Origin: Moniliella sp. 'wahieum'
Lineage: Eukaryota
Assembly (NCBI GenBank): GCA_003971905.1
Contig: RSEE01000006.1
Span: forward strand, 930,001-994,000
Direction of reading: 5' to 3'
Length of the DNA stretch: 64,000 nucleotides
How positions within the stretch are numbered: position 1 is the stretch's first letter; each line of letters starts with the position of its first letter. A program made the position numbers and the translations under genes. The notes beneath the pieces were generated by a model. That model saw nothing but the letters and a program-made list of their open reading frames with translations, was not told the origin of the DNA and did not search any database. Shown here piece after piece: positions 13,401 to 24,500 of this stretch.

Positions 13401-13777
13401 AGTCCGCATGTATAGGCGGATGCGGTCCACGACGGCGAGGAGAGTCAGTCCTGAGGGTGGGGGGCAAGCCTATGCAGAACCAGACCGTAACGAGAAGTTA
13501 GTAAATGATGCACACGCGGTTGTTGATCAAGGGATGAATATGGTGAGGGGGGGATGTTCGGATATTGATAGGTAGATATAATACGCACTTCGACGTCCCA
13601 GTATACTGCATACACACGCCGTGCTGTATGGGAGGAGGTGATGGTGGTGGGAAGAGGGGTTGTAAAGGGGGGGCCCAGGATGAGGGGCCCGCGAATGTGC
13701 TTGGCGACGCCCAGGCTCACCACGATGGAGACGGCCACTGACGTGACGAGGACGATGGTAGTGGAGAGTGCGGGCAT
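10459..13777 (-). CDS. Membrane-anchored NYN (PIN-fold)-domain protein with two repeated C-terminal helical modules
   Basis: Exon 1 (13777-13589) has a hydrophobic N-terminus and VYWDVE. Intron 13588-13470 (GTGCGT..TACTAAC..TAG) joins in frame to ACPPPSGLTLLAVVDRIR, the NYN signature. Further introns at 11312-11257 and 10749-10579; TAA at 10461-10459. At least two frameshifts in the central linker. Confidence 0.7.
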
Positions 13778-14821
13778 GGTGAGATCCGAGCAAAAAGCAG
13801 CAGAGGAAGGCGGAGGCGCAGTGGTGGTTGAGGGATAGGGGTGGTAAAATGATGATGGTGGTGGTGAAGAGAGGAGATGGCAGCGAGTCGCATCCCGACA
13901 GGGTATATATATAGTGTTGTCCAGTCGCCGGGAGCTTATGTCCAGGAGGATGTTGTGAGTACAGAGTATACGATACTCTTGCCAAAGAAAGCATAACTCT
14001 CCATCTATAGTGCTACTACTTAAATACAGGTGCAGGGGGATTGCCAAACGGCCCTTGTGAAGGAGGGTGAGCTGGACGCGATGATGCAACCGCACTGAGC
14101 CGCACTGGGCGCTGCGCCTTTCCGTCGCAGCCGCCTGGGGGGCTTGGCGGTGCGCACTCTTGCCCTGTTCCGACCCCGGGCTTGACACAAGCGAACAGCA
14201 CGTCGTTGGTTGCGCCCTCTCTTCGTATACCGTATGGACCCTGCCTAGGGGCAGTCACTATAATATACTAGGTCTTCTATTAGTAGTTATTGGTTTTCAA
14301 TGCCCATTCCCCAAGCAAGCTGTCCAACGTCGTCGCCCTCTCAATAATCTGGCCTGCGCCACAAGATGAATGGGGTGTCTGCGTTGATATATGGTACAGC
14401 ACGGGAAAGCGAGGCAACAGGCGCGACAAGAGATCAATTTTAGCTACACATCTCGCGGTTGTTAATCAAGATCCAATCAGGGCGAAGCAAGATTGCAGGG
14501 GGTGACCGGTGTGATTTCTGCTGGCATCGTACTTTTTTTCGACTGTGGCGTGTCACTCCATCTTCTGCATCATCACCTTAGGGGAAGCTCTTCTCCAGAT
14601 CATTGATCATCGTCAGATCCAATGCTTGCGTTGCATTTCGTGGGCCAGCGTGCATAGGCAGTCGTCACAGAGAGCTACGACAGCAGAAGGACACAACAAC
14701 GGAGGGTATGCGCATCAATAGCCCAAACAGGGGACAACAAAAAGAAGGGAATGAAAAGGAAAAACAAAACCGCCCAACCACTTGTCATTGGCAGTCACCG
14801 CCCTGCTTTAACGACGGCTCA

Positions 14822-17800
14822 AGTTGAACGTCGACGGTTCCGTACCAGCTCAGCCCGAGTCATGAAGTTGGCTGAGGTTCCGACTCGGTTTGATCCAACT
14901 GCGGTATCTCGTCCTTCAGGGCTGGCCTGGCTTGGTTCTGCGTTCGTCCCTGGGTAGACATGACAGGCGGTGCCGTTGTTGCTGACATGCCAGCCGAAGA
15001 GCTGGGGCCTCGCGCAGTGCTGGCTGAGGTAACACGAGCAACACTGGCAGACGTCGATCGGGGGCGGACCAAGCCGACAGTGCCGGGTCCAGGATTGGCC
15101 GTCGTATTGGTCTGAGGCCGTAGCGAGCCCCGCGCGAGGGGCGTGAAGGCGGGAAGCGCCAAGCGTGTGCTCACACCGACGCTCACTGCCCCCATCCCGC
15201 CGGTCCAGGTGGAATGGCCAGCGAGTTGGCGGCCAACGGCGTTGGGGCGGATGTGGCCCTCAGTCCCATGAGACGAGGAAGGGGCACCCACTCCACTGTT
15301 AGGGACGCTAATGGACAGAGAAAGAAGAGGCCAAACTGGGGTGACGTGACTGATGTCGCTGTCGGGACGAAGAAACCAAATGGGGATCGACCTTGGCCTT
15401 CAGCGGAGCGTCCATAACAATCTCCTGGGCAGCCCGAGACAGAACGAGTTCGGAACGGGTAGGTGAGTTAGTGCCAGTTGGAGGATGAGGTGACCGTCCT
15501 GCCCGGCTTTTGCGACTGCGATGCGAGCTGTGGCGGGAAAATGATTCGCTTGGAGCCAAAGTCGAAGGGTCAACTTTGGGCTTGAAGCCGCCCTGAAGCG
15601 CTTTGCGCAAGACAGGGTCCTTTAATAAGGACGCTAATGTCTTTGCCTCAATCATCGCCGCGTCGCTTCGATCCGAGAATGAAGGCATTGCTACCCTTTG
15701 CGAGGAAGAAAGGATGGATGGCGAGGATGGCTCGTGGTCCGCCGCATCAAATACCAGTCCGAGAGCACGAGAGGGATGCGGCTCGCCCTTCGGATGCGAA
15801 GGAGGTTCAAAGGAGCACCGCCGGGCGAGCCGCGGGACGAAACATGAGACGCGGAATGCGACTGGCGGGACAGAAGCGAATGAGGACGCGAAAGGTGGGA
15901 TCCTGCCGAGGGATGGGACGCGTGTGAGGTGGTGCGCGAGGGAATCGGAACAGTTTCCTTCAACCCGCCCGCCCGAGCACACAGAGCGGATAGAAGGAGA
16001 CCGAGACGAGTGCGAGCCCAACTCTTCCCGTTCCAGGACGGCGGCGCCTTGTTCTAGCCGCACGGCGTCGCCTCAAATACTTTGGCTTTCCCACGGAACA
16101 CTTTGTCGCGTAGGGCTTCCGGAAGAGAAGCGTCGGACTCGCTCCCCTCGGGCTCAGGCCCGGGAGAACCCAAGGCGGAAGCGGGACGTACAACGGACTC
16201 GGTTGGTGGGGAGACGGGGGGCACAGCGGACTCGGTGGGTGGGGAGACGGGGGGCACAACAGACTCGGCGGATGGGGAGACGGGAAGCGCAACGGTCTCG
16301 GCGGGTGGGGAGACGGGTGGTACAGCCGAGTCTACCACGATCAATTGAGGCAGCGGTTCAGATGGTGAATGCGGTAGTGCCTGTTCCTTGGAAGAGTCGA
16401 GGGCGCGCGACTCTGAAAGGGGACTGGCCGGCACAAGTTGATCGTCGGGAGGCGCAGGCGCAGGGGGGGCTGATAAGTTCGTCTCTGCCTTTTGATCCGA
16501 CGCCGCAGCTGGGTTCAGCACGATATCCGCGGTGATTTGAGCCCAGAGATGTGCTTGGTCGCGAATCTGGTGTCGTGTTGAGACTTGGTCGGGATCTTTT
16601 CCTCCTTGACCGCCAATGTCAACAATTGCCGTTCCCTCTCGCTCTGCAATACCGAGCGAAGTTTGTCAGCGTTAACCAACTGAGCGGTGCCGCTCGAATT
16701 GGGTTGGTCTGAGTGAAAAAAGGTGTCTTCTCCCGGGGGAGAGTCGGTGTTGAGGACAAAAGGCGTTGTAATGGAGCAAGGGACTGTCGTCCGGGGAGAT
16801 AGATAGGAGTGAGACCTGATGCTGGAGCGGCTGTTGCTCAGGTTCCGTCTTGGTCCGAGGTGGGTGTACCGGGAAGGAGGATGGATAAGGACGGCCAAGC
16901 CTGGTCGGAGGCTGGGGCATGGCACGGATCAGCCTCATCTCTGCATCAATATCGGTTGCCGTGGTCCCCGCCACGCTCGGAGCGGGCTCGGCGGACCCGT
17001 TCTCGTCCACTGGACCGATCGGGGTGGGCGGACGCGCGGCAGCTGTCGCCACGCCCACGACCCATCGAGGGTAGGCACAAACCCGGTACTGGAGCGGAGC
17101 GAGGTCGAGCGGAGGGAAGCGTGGTGGAACGGGTACCCCAACCTGTGTGAGACGGGCAAGGTAGCGATGCTGGTGCTGGCGCGTGCGTGCCCGGGCAGCG
17201 TAGCATCTGACGCCTCCTCGGTCCAGGTGTAGGCGACGCCAATTTGGTCCGATTCAGGTGCATCCTGCTCATCCGGAGGAGCTTCACATGCATGCTGTCG
17301 TCCGGCTGGGACGCTATGGCAGGATCGGAGGGCAGATCTGTCGTGGCAGTGGGAGGGGAGCGGGGAAAGCGATCGTGGAAATGAGCAGCGGTCCAGAAGG
17401 CTTGGGGAGAGGCAAGGGCCTGGGACGCTCCGGACTCAAGGCGGGAGGAGTCGAGGATGAGGGGGAGGGGTCGTGTGAATGCGCGCGGGAGCAAGGGAGG
17501 AGATGGTGGGTTCAAGTGAATGGCGCGCAGGAGGAGGAAGGGAGGAGAGGGAGGGTTCATGTGAATGGCGCGCGGCAGGAGGGAGGGGAGGAGAGGGAGG
17601 GTTCATGTGAATGGCGCTCGGGAGGAAGAGAAGGGGCGCTGGGCTCGGTCTCGTCGTCGGCTCCGAGGTCGGAGGCAGGATGGAGGGCACAGCCAAATGG
17701 GGGGCGCGCGTCGTCATGGCGGCCCTGGCGGCCTTGGAGCGGAAGGATATGCGGCGGAAAAAGCGGCTGGGTGCCGATCCGGCCGAGCGACTCAGGCGCA

Positions 17801-18037
17801 GGAGGGAGACGGAGGCGTTGGAGGGGAAGCTGACGAGGTCGAGCGAGTCGTCGTACTGCCGTCGCGCAAACAGACGCCGGGCGGGGCGGGGGGGCGGGGG
17901 ACATCGCATCGGCATCGGCGGGGGCGGGGGCGGGGGCGGGGGCAGGGGCGGGAGCGGTGGCGGTGGCGGTGTGGTGTCGTGTCTGTGGGCGGGAGTGTCT
18001 GGGGGTGCGCGAGTACCTGCGCATCCACATCCGCCAT
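14822..18037 (-). CDS. Hypothetical low-complexity Ser/Pro-rich protein (probably one frameshifted gene)
   Basis: Chain of overlapping minus-strand ORF pieces that read as protein: MADVDAQVLAHP, RRLFARRQYDDSLDLVSF, DKLRSVLQSERERQLL, EALRDKVFRGKAKVF, IEAKTLASLLKDPVLRKALQG. No family recognised; boundaries uncertain. Confidence 0.4.
16195..16326. repeat. 33-bp tandem repeat x4 (codes xVPPVSPPTES-like units on minus strand)
   Basis: Units such as GGACTCGGTTGGTGGGGAGACGGGGGGCACAGC and GGACTCGGTGGGTGGGGAGACGGGGGGCACAAC are directly visible. Confidence 0.9.
17474..17635. repeat. ~45-bp purine-rich tandem repeat x3.5
   Basis: Recurring GTGAATGGCGCGC..GGAGGAGAGGGAGGGTTCA; codes RHSHEPSLSS-like units on the minus strand. 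Confidence 0.85.
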
Positions 18038-18385
18038 GGCGCGTCCAGGCGGCGGCGGCGGCGGTGGAGTTACCGCGGCGGCAGTAGGCGATGGCGGCGG
18101 ACAATGACTGGTCTGAGTGGGATCGGCTCAGCGGACCGGTGAGCGTGCCACCCACAGGTGACCGGTGAGACCATCTGGGGCGAGGTGCGCACACTGGCCC
18201 TGGGCGGCGCTGCTCCACTCGGGCGGTCTAGGGTTGGCAGCGGCCTCGCATGGGGCCAGTGGCAGCGCTATGATGCACATGACGCGAGTACGAGTACGGA
18301 GGACTGGGCAGCACACTTGTGTGGACATTACAACTAGCACAGTAGAGTACAATACAGCCGCCCAACATCCAACTCAGTGGAGTAC

Positions 18386-18568
18386 GCTGAGTGTGAGAGT
18401 GCTGTGTAGAGAGTTGAGAGTGTTGTGTAGGGAGATGAGAGTGCTGTGTAGAGAGTTCAGAGTGTTGAGTTGAGTGAGTTGAGTGTTGTGTATGGTGTGT
18501 TGTGTGTAAAGTGTTGAGTGTTGGGTGTATGGTGTGTTGTGTGTAAAGTGTTGAGTGTTGTGTGTTTT
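18386..18568. repeat. G/T-rich compound minisatellite (21-bp unit x3, then ~36-bp unit x2)
   Basis: GAGAGTG(C/T)TGTGTAGAGAGTT-type unit x3, then GTTGAGTGTTG(G)TGTATGGTGTGTTGTGTGTAAAGT-type unit x2. Almost no C on the + strand; lies at the 3' end of the adenylate cyclase. Confidence 0.85.
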
Positions 18569-18569
18569 T

Positions 18570-21500
18570 GGATCCCGAGGGCCGAGTTTAACACCCTCAA
18601 GCCGTTGGCGGAGGTGTGCTGCTCAGACAGGCGCTGCAGCCGCGCAGCCAGCGCGTCCAGCTCCGCCAGCCCCACCGTCAACCCCCCCCGCCGTGCCTTG
18701 GCCCGGGCACAACTTGGCCAGCATCGAGTCGAGCGTCATTTTGCCCGCCGCGTTGGCCAGCCGCATGACAGCTGCTGCAGCACCCCCGCCAGCTCCTCGT
18801 CCGATGCATCCTCCCGCACCCCGCACCCCAGCTGCTCGGGATGAGCCAGTACTACCTCTTCCACCCGGCCCATCCGTGCGCCAGGCGGAACCAGTTTGCC
18901 GCCAACCGCTGCCGTCACGCCGTCGCCAGCTGCTGCGGTCAAGCCGCCAAACACGTGGCCGGCGCTCAGGGCCTCGATGCGCACGCACAACAGTGCGATT
19001 TGGCGCACCTGCTGCGCATCCACCACCTGCACCGTCGGCTCAAAACACGCGAACGGCGCCGCGGATCCTGGAGCGTCGGATCGTACTTTAATCGCCCCGC
19101 AATCGCGTGGGATACACATTGTACAGCAGCTCGGGCTCTCCAGCCCTTGAGCCGCCGAAAGCCAATTTCCTTGATCCCAAACCCCATCCTGCGCAGCAAC
19201 GTCACATCGCGGCTGACCTCGTGCCCGCCCCTGCCGGTGCTTTCGCTTGGGTCTTCGTCCGCGCCAGCCGAGTTGGTCGGGTGCAAGGCCCATGGTCTCG
19301 GTCAATTCTTGTACCACGTCTTTGCTCACAAAGATTGCCCGCCCCGCGCCGCACTCTCGATCCGCGCTGCCCGGTTGACCATCGGGCCAAAGTAGTCCAT
19401 CCGCCCCGTGATCGGATCGGGCTCGCAGACAGGACTGCCCCAATGAATCCCCATCCGAAGTCGAAGCCCGCGGTAGATCACTTTGCCTTCATCGTCTCGC
19501 ACTTCCTTGCCTTCCTCGCTCTCCAGCAGCTCTTGCGGCCAATCCTCTTTCAGCAGCAACGTCTGCACATTGAAGCACCACAATAGCGCCGCCGACACGT
19601 CGAGAAGCTTGCCTAAAATGGACCCAGGCCGAAACACACACACATCAGTCAATAAGGCGCCCCCCCTAATATACAGGCACACAACAAGGAATGAGAAAAA
19701 CCTACCATCATCCCATCGCCTTCGACCTTGCTCTCAAACCCTGCTACAACCCGCAGTTGCCGTCGAAGGAGAGAGTTGTGCAGGCGCATGGCCGTGTGCA
19801 TGCCCGAGTTGGTCTCCAGAGCCGGGTGGAATTTTGAATGTCGGTAAAACACAGGGCGATCTGGCCAATCGGGGGCGCCACCTCGCGCTCCAACCGAGCC
19901 AAGTTGCGATCGGCCGGCAAACTGGTTCCGCCCACTTCGCCAAACCGTTTGCGTCGGACGCCATCCATGTCGGACGTGGCCAGGCCAGTGGCTGGGCCAG
20001 CACGAGGGCCAAACAGATCGGCGACGGATAAAATCATGACCATGATGCTCTCGTCGCCGCCATAGGAGATGGCCAAATCGCGCAGACGCTGCGCCGGTTC
20101 ATCGGATCGTCCCGTTCCATCCGCGCAATGTACCGCGGTCTGGTACGACAAAAAACTGCCACAGCGATCGGTTGGCAATGATCAAGAATTCATCCGAATC
20201 CACAGCTCGACCTTGGCGCACGCCGGCGCCGCATTCACCACGGGGAACAAGTGGTAGTATCCAAACCACGCGACAGTCAAGCACATCCTTCACCCGCCCA
20301 CGCAACGACACCCACCCTTCGGCGGTCGGATGCGCTGGTTTCCTCGCGGTCAAAGGTTCGTGTTTGTGGCCGAGCAGTTCGGCTTGGCCGCCAGTATGGC
20401 TCAGCACAGCCAACGCGTCGCCGGCATTGGCATGTAGAGGGTGCGACCGGTCAGGTAGGCCACCACGGCCGAACACCCTCGGTCCATTCCGGCAGCGAGG
20501 GTGACGTCGGATCGGGGCAAGGGCAAGCGCGGTTCGCGCGTCGCCGCATGCACACGCGCCTCCGACGTGCGACGCCTGTGTTCGTCGGCATCAGCTGGGC
20601 AAAGAGGCTGTTGGATGAAGGAAGGAAACGGCGCAACAAGCCTCAACCGAGAGTGTCCGGATCGTTGTCCATGACCATCAATTGCTTTTCCACCTGCACC
20701 GCCAAGCCTTCCGCCAGAAAGCGGGCAATCTTGTTGGCGCCCGTCGCGTCGGGTCCGCGACCGTCAAACAGCCCCAGCAACGCTTCGCTCCCATCTCGCT
20801 TGCGGAAATCGGGCAGACACACATCCACCGTGTGCAACGAATCGCGCTCGCCCAGCGCATCCGCAATCCCATACGACAGACGGGGTGACCTTGGACAAGG
20901 ACGTGCGCACCCGTCGGTTCATCACCTCCTCCGGCGTCGAGTTGGTCGCCACCGTCACGTCCATCAAGCCCAGCACGCGAAGCATGGGGACATGGCTAAA
21001 GTCGGTAATGTTTTTGCGTCGCCGGAAAGGGTGATGAACTTGGCATTGATCTAAAACGCTTGTTGCCACGTTGAGGTTGGGTAGCGCAAGTCGGATTGTT
21101 GTTCCAGTTCCATCGTACGTCCAATTGGCCACGTTGTACTTGAGGTTGTTGTTGCCCACGTCCAGCTTGACCAGCGCCGTCATCCGACTCAATTCGGGGG
21201 CAGGTTTGGAGTTTGTTGCGTTGAGAACAGGATGCGGAGAGGGAGGGCCAACACATCCTCTGGCACACTGGTTAAACTGTGCCCGAAAGTACAGTTCCTG
21301 CAACCGCTTGTTGGCCGACAGCGTGTGCACCGGCACTTCGTAAAATCTCATTAAAGCTGAGGTTGAGCACTTCCAGCTCAGTAACAAACGCAAAATAAAA
21401 CACATCGTCGGCACATGGTTGTCGGCCAAACGCAATTGGCGCAAACTCAGAGCTAATGGCGGCACGTGGGCCAACGACGGTGCGGACGAGCCGGCTGAAC

Positions 21501-24500
21501 CTTGCGGCCGGTCGGACGGTGGGGCCGAGGGGGAGGGGGAAACAAGATTACTGCCCAGGGGTAACGCGACCGTGTCCTGGTCAGCAAGCGCGACTGGAGC
21601 AGGAGGAGGAGGGCGGGGGAGCGGGGAAGGCTTCGAGTAAGTTGGAGGTGACGTTCAAGCGGTACAGCGAAGCGCAGTGCCAGATCGAAGCAGGTAGATG
21701 CTTGAGGTTGTTGTTTTGAATGTTGAGGCCGGTCAGGTTGCGCAGGTTGCCAATCGAGTCGGGGAGGGGGGTGACGAGGTTGTTGTTGCTGACGCTAAAG
21801 ACGACCAAGTTGGTCAGCTGGCCGAGCGAGTCGGGCAAGGTGACGAATTGGTTGCGGTCCAGCACCAGCTCGGTGAGCGAAGGCAGTAAGCGGAACAGCC
21901 CTTCGTCCAAACGTGCCATGTTGGTCGAGCTCAAGTTAAGGCTGGTCAGGTCCGAGGCCGACAAGGCACCGAGCGAAACTTTGGTCATGGGGTTCTGACC
22001 CACTTCGAGAATGCGCATCTTGGCACCCAACGTGGCTTCAAAGTGACGGATCTGGTTGTGCTCGCACTTGACCACATTGACCCGCGGCATGGCAAACAGG
22101 ATCGACACATCGTGCAACAGGTTGCGACGCAAATCGATGGTTTGCAAATTGGTCAGTTGTGCCATCTGGTCCGGAAGATGCTCCAGGGAGTTGCCCACGA
22201 CTTTGAGATGTTCAAGCTGGGTCAAGTGTCCCATCTCGGCGGGGAGGGTATGCAAGTTGTTAAACGAAACATCGAGATCGGCCAAGTTGGGCAGCTGGGT
22301 AATCACGGGCGGCAGCACGTCAAATCGATTGTTGGACAAATGAAGCGTGCGAAGCGTGTCCACGTTGGCCACCCACGACGGCAACTGGTACAATCGGTTG
22401 TTCTGCGCCTTGATGGAGCACAGCTTGGGGCATGCCTCTAGCGACGGTTCGAGTTGCAAGATGCGATTGTTACTCACGTCCAAGTGGGTCAGCGACGCCG
22501 ACACACGCACCCCGGCCGGGATGCGCTTCAGAGCCAAGTTGGTCAAGATCAGACGGCGAAGGTGGGTACACATTTGCACAAAGTCGGCCGGAACGTCCGG
22601 GATGGGGTTGCCCGACAGGTCCAACGCCAAGATCCAGTCCGCATGCTTGTACAGAAAGATGGGAACCATCTCCAAGTTGCGTGCGTGCAGGTCTAAGATG
22701 GCATAGCGGTCAGGATCGTTGCCAAAACTATCCGAGTCAAAGGTGGGGACAAAATCGGGACGGTAGATAAACTTGAGAAAGTAGGACAAGTCTTCCTTGC
22801 CAAGCTCCTCCAAGCCGTCGGCGTCGGTATACCCTGCCTGCATCAGACGGCGGCGCTGCAGCACCGCAGGCCGCTCGTTGGCACCCAGGGGACGTTCTGG
22901 CACAAAGCAGGTCAGTTGCGCAATCCAGAACACAGTGCATACTCCAGGAGCCTAGGCCACCGAAGCCAACAGCACGAGTCAATCAACGTACCGGCACCCT
23001 TGTCCCACACAAACAAACGGAACGAGTGGCCCAACGACCCAAGCGACGGTTTGCGCATCAAACTTGCCTTGGTCTCCTGCACTGTCGTCTGCAGCGTCAG
23101 GCCTAGGGTAGTAAACGAACCATCGGGCAACCAGATCCGAACCAGGTGCACCCGTCCCGTCTCCCCGCCCGAAGCTCGCGGTCGGGCCAAACGGCGCATA
23201 GGCTCGCTCGCCATCACCACGTGACGGTACACCGACAAGAGATCCGGCCCGCCGCCTTCCTCGGTCCAACCGCCCGGCGCCGCCGCGCCATCGACCGTCG
23301 AAAACGGCATACCCACCGGCACCGGCGCCAACGACGAGTGGTGAGACGCAATCGACGGACTCGCCGTTCGCTCTCCGGCACCCAGCATCCATCCATGAGG
23401 GGCACCGCCGTCTCGGGCAAGCCGGCAAGCGGTACTGGTGGCGCCCCAGTACGCCTGGCGTGGCGACGCGGGCGCCGGCGACGCGTACCGCGACGGCGGC
23501 TCGGACGAAGCCACCTCTTTGGGTCCTCGCGATGGTTGTGGGTGTAGTGGGTATGGTGGTGGTGGCCGTATCGGCCAAGACCAGGCACGCGGGGCGCATT
23601 GTTGCGCAAGCCACCCAAGAGAGACGCTGCGGTACCCACTGCGCCCGAGGCGGCAGCCAGTGCGCCTCCGCCGCCGCGGGCGTTCCGCGGCACAGACTTT
23701 TTGGGCGCCGCGGTGGAGTGGTGGGCAGAGGCCGAGTGGCCCGAATGGTTGGAATGGGTCGAATGGCCCGAATGGTTCGAATGGTTCGAATGCGTTGAAT
23801 GGTTCGACCGAACCGAGCGGAGCGACTGGGCGGGATGCGACGACCGTTCCGTGCCGGAACGATTCAGCGAGAGGAGGCGTCAGGCAAGAGACCTGGACCC
23901 GAACCTGGGCCCGGGCTTGGCCCAGGAAAACCGACGTCGAGCCCGATCTTCGTCGCACCGCCCGCCCCAGCGTGGCCGTGGCTGTGGCTACCGGCCCAAG
24001 TGGGAAAAAGGAGGATTCGGGGGACGAGCTGCGAACAGGAACGGGGGGGACGCCTGGCGTCGGTGGATCGTCTACCGTTGGCTTGGGCATCGGGGTGTAA
24101 TCAAGCCCACCGGTCGGGTCCTCGCCCGACCGACTCGGCACTATCGTCGTCGCCTTGCACGGCCCACGAATCGGGCGCCATCCACGTGCTCGGCCCTGGT
24201 ACGGCGCACTGGCCGGCGGCTCCCTCCCAGACACGGGCGACGACAAGACGCTCAACGATTGGGTCCGAGTACTGTGGGGCAGATCCGCCTCCGCCTCCGC
24301 ATCTGCCTCTGCATTGTCTCCGTCTCTTCTCCCTTCTCGTCCTCCTCGTCTTCTGCCTCGTTCTCCTCCTCCTCTTCCTCCTCCTCTTCCTCCCCCTCCT
24401 CCCCTCGTCGTGAGGTGGAAGAAGGTGGAGAAGGCGGATTGACCGCCCAACTGTCCGGCGCAGACCACGAGGCAGCGGCCAAGACCGATCCTGATCCTGA

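Noticed and set aside
16195..16326. 33-bp repeat as a regulatory or CRISPR-like array
   Set aside because: Unit length is a multiple of three and encodes a Pro-rich peptide repeat inside an ORF.
18386..18568. Interstitial telomeric repeat
   Set aside because: No TTAGGG or other regular telomeric unit; it is an irregular GT-rich minisatellite.
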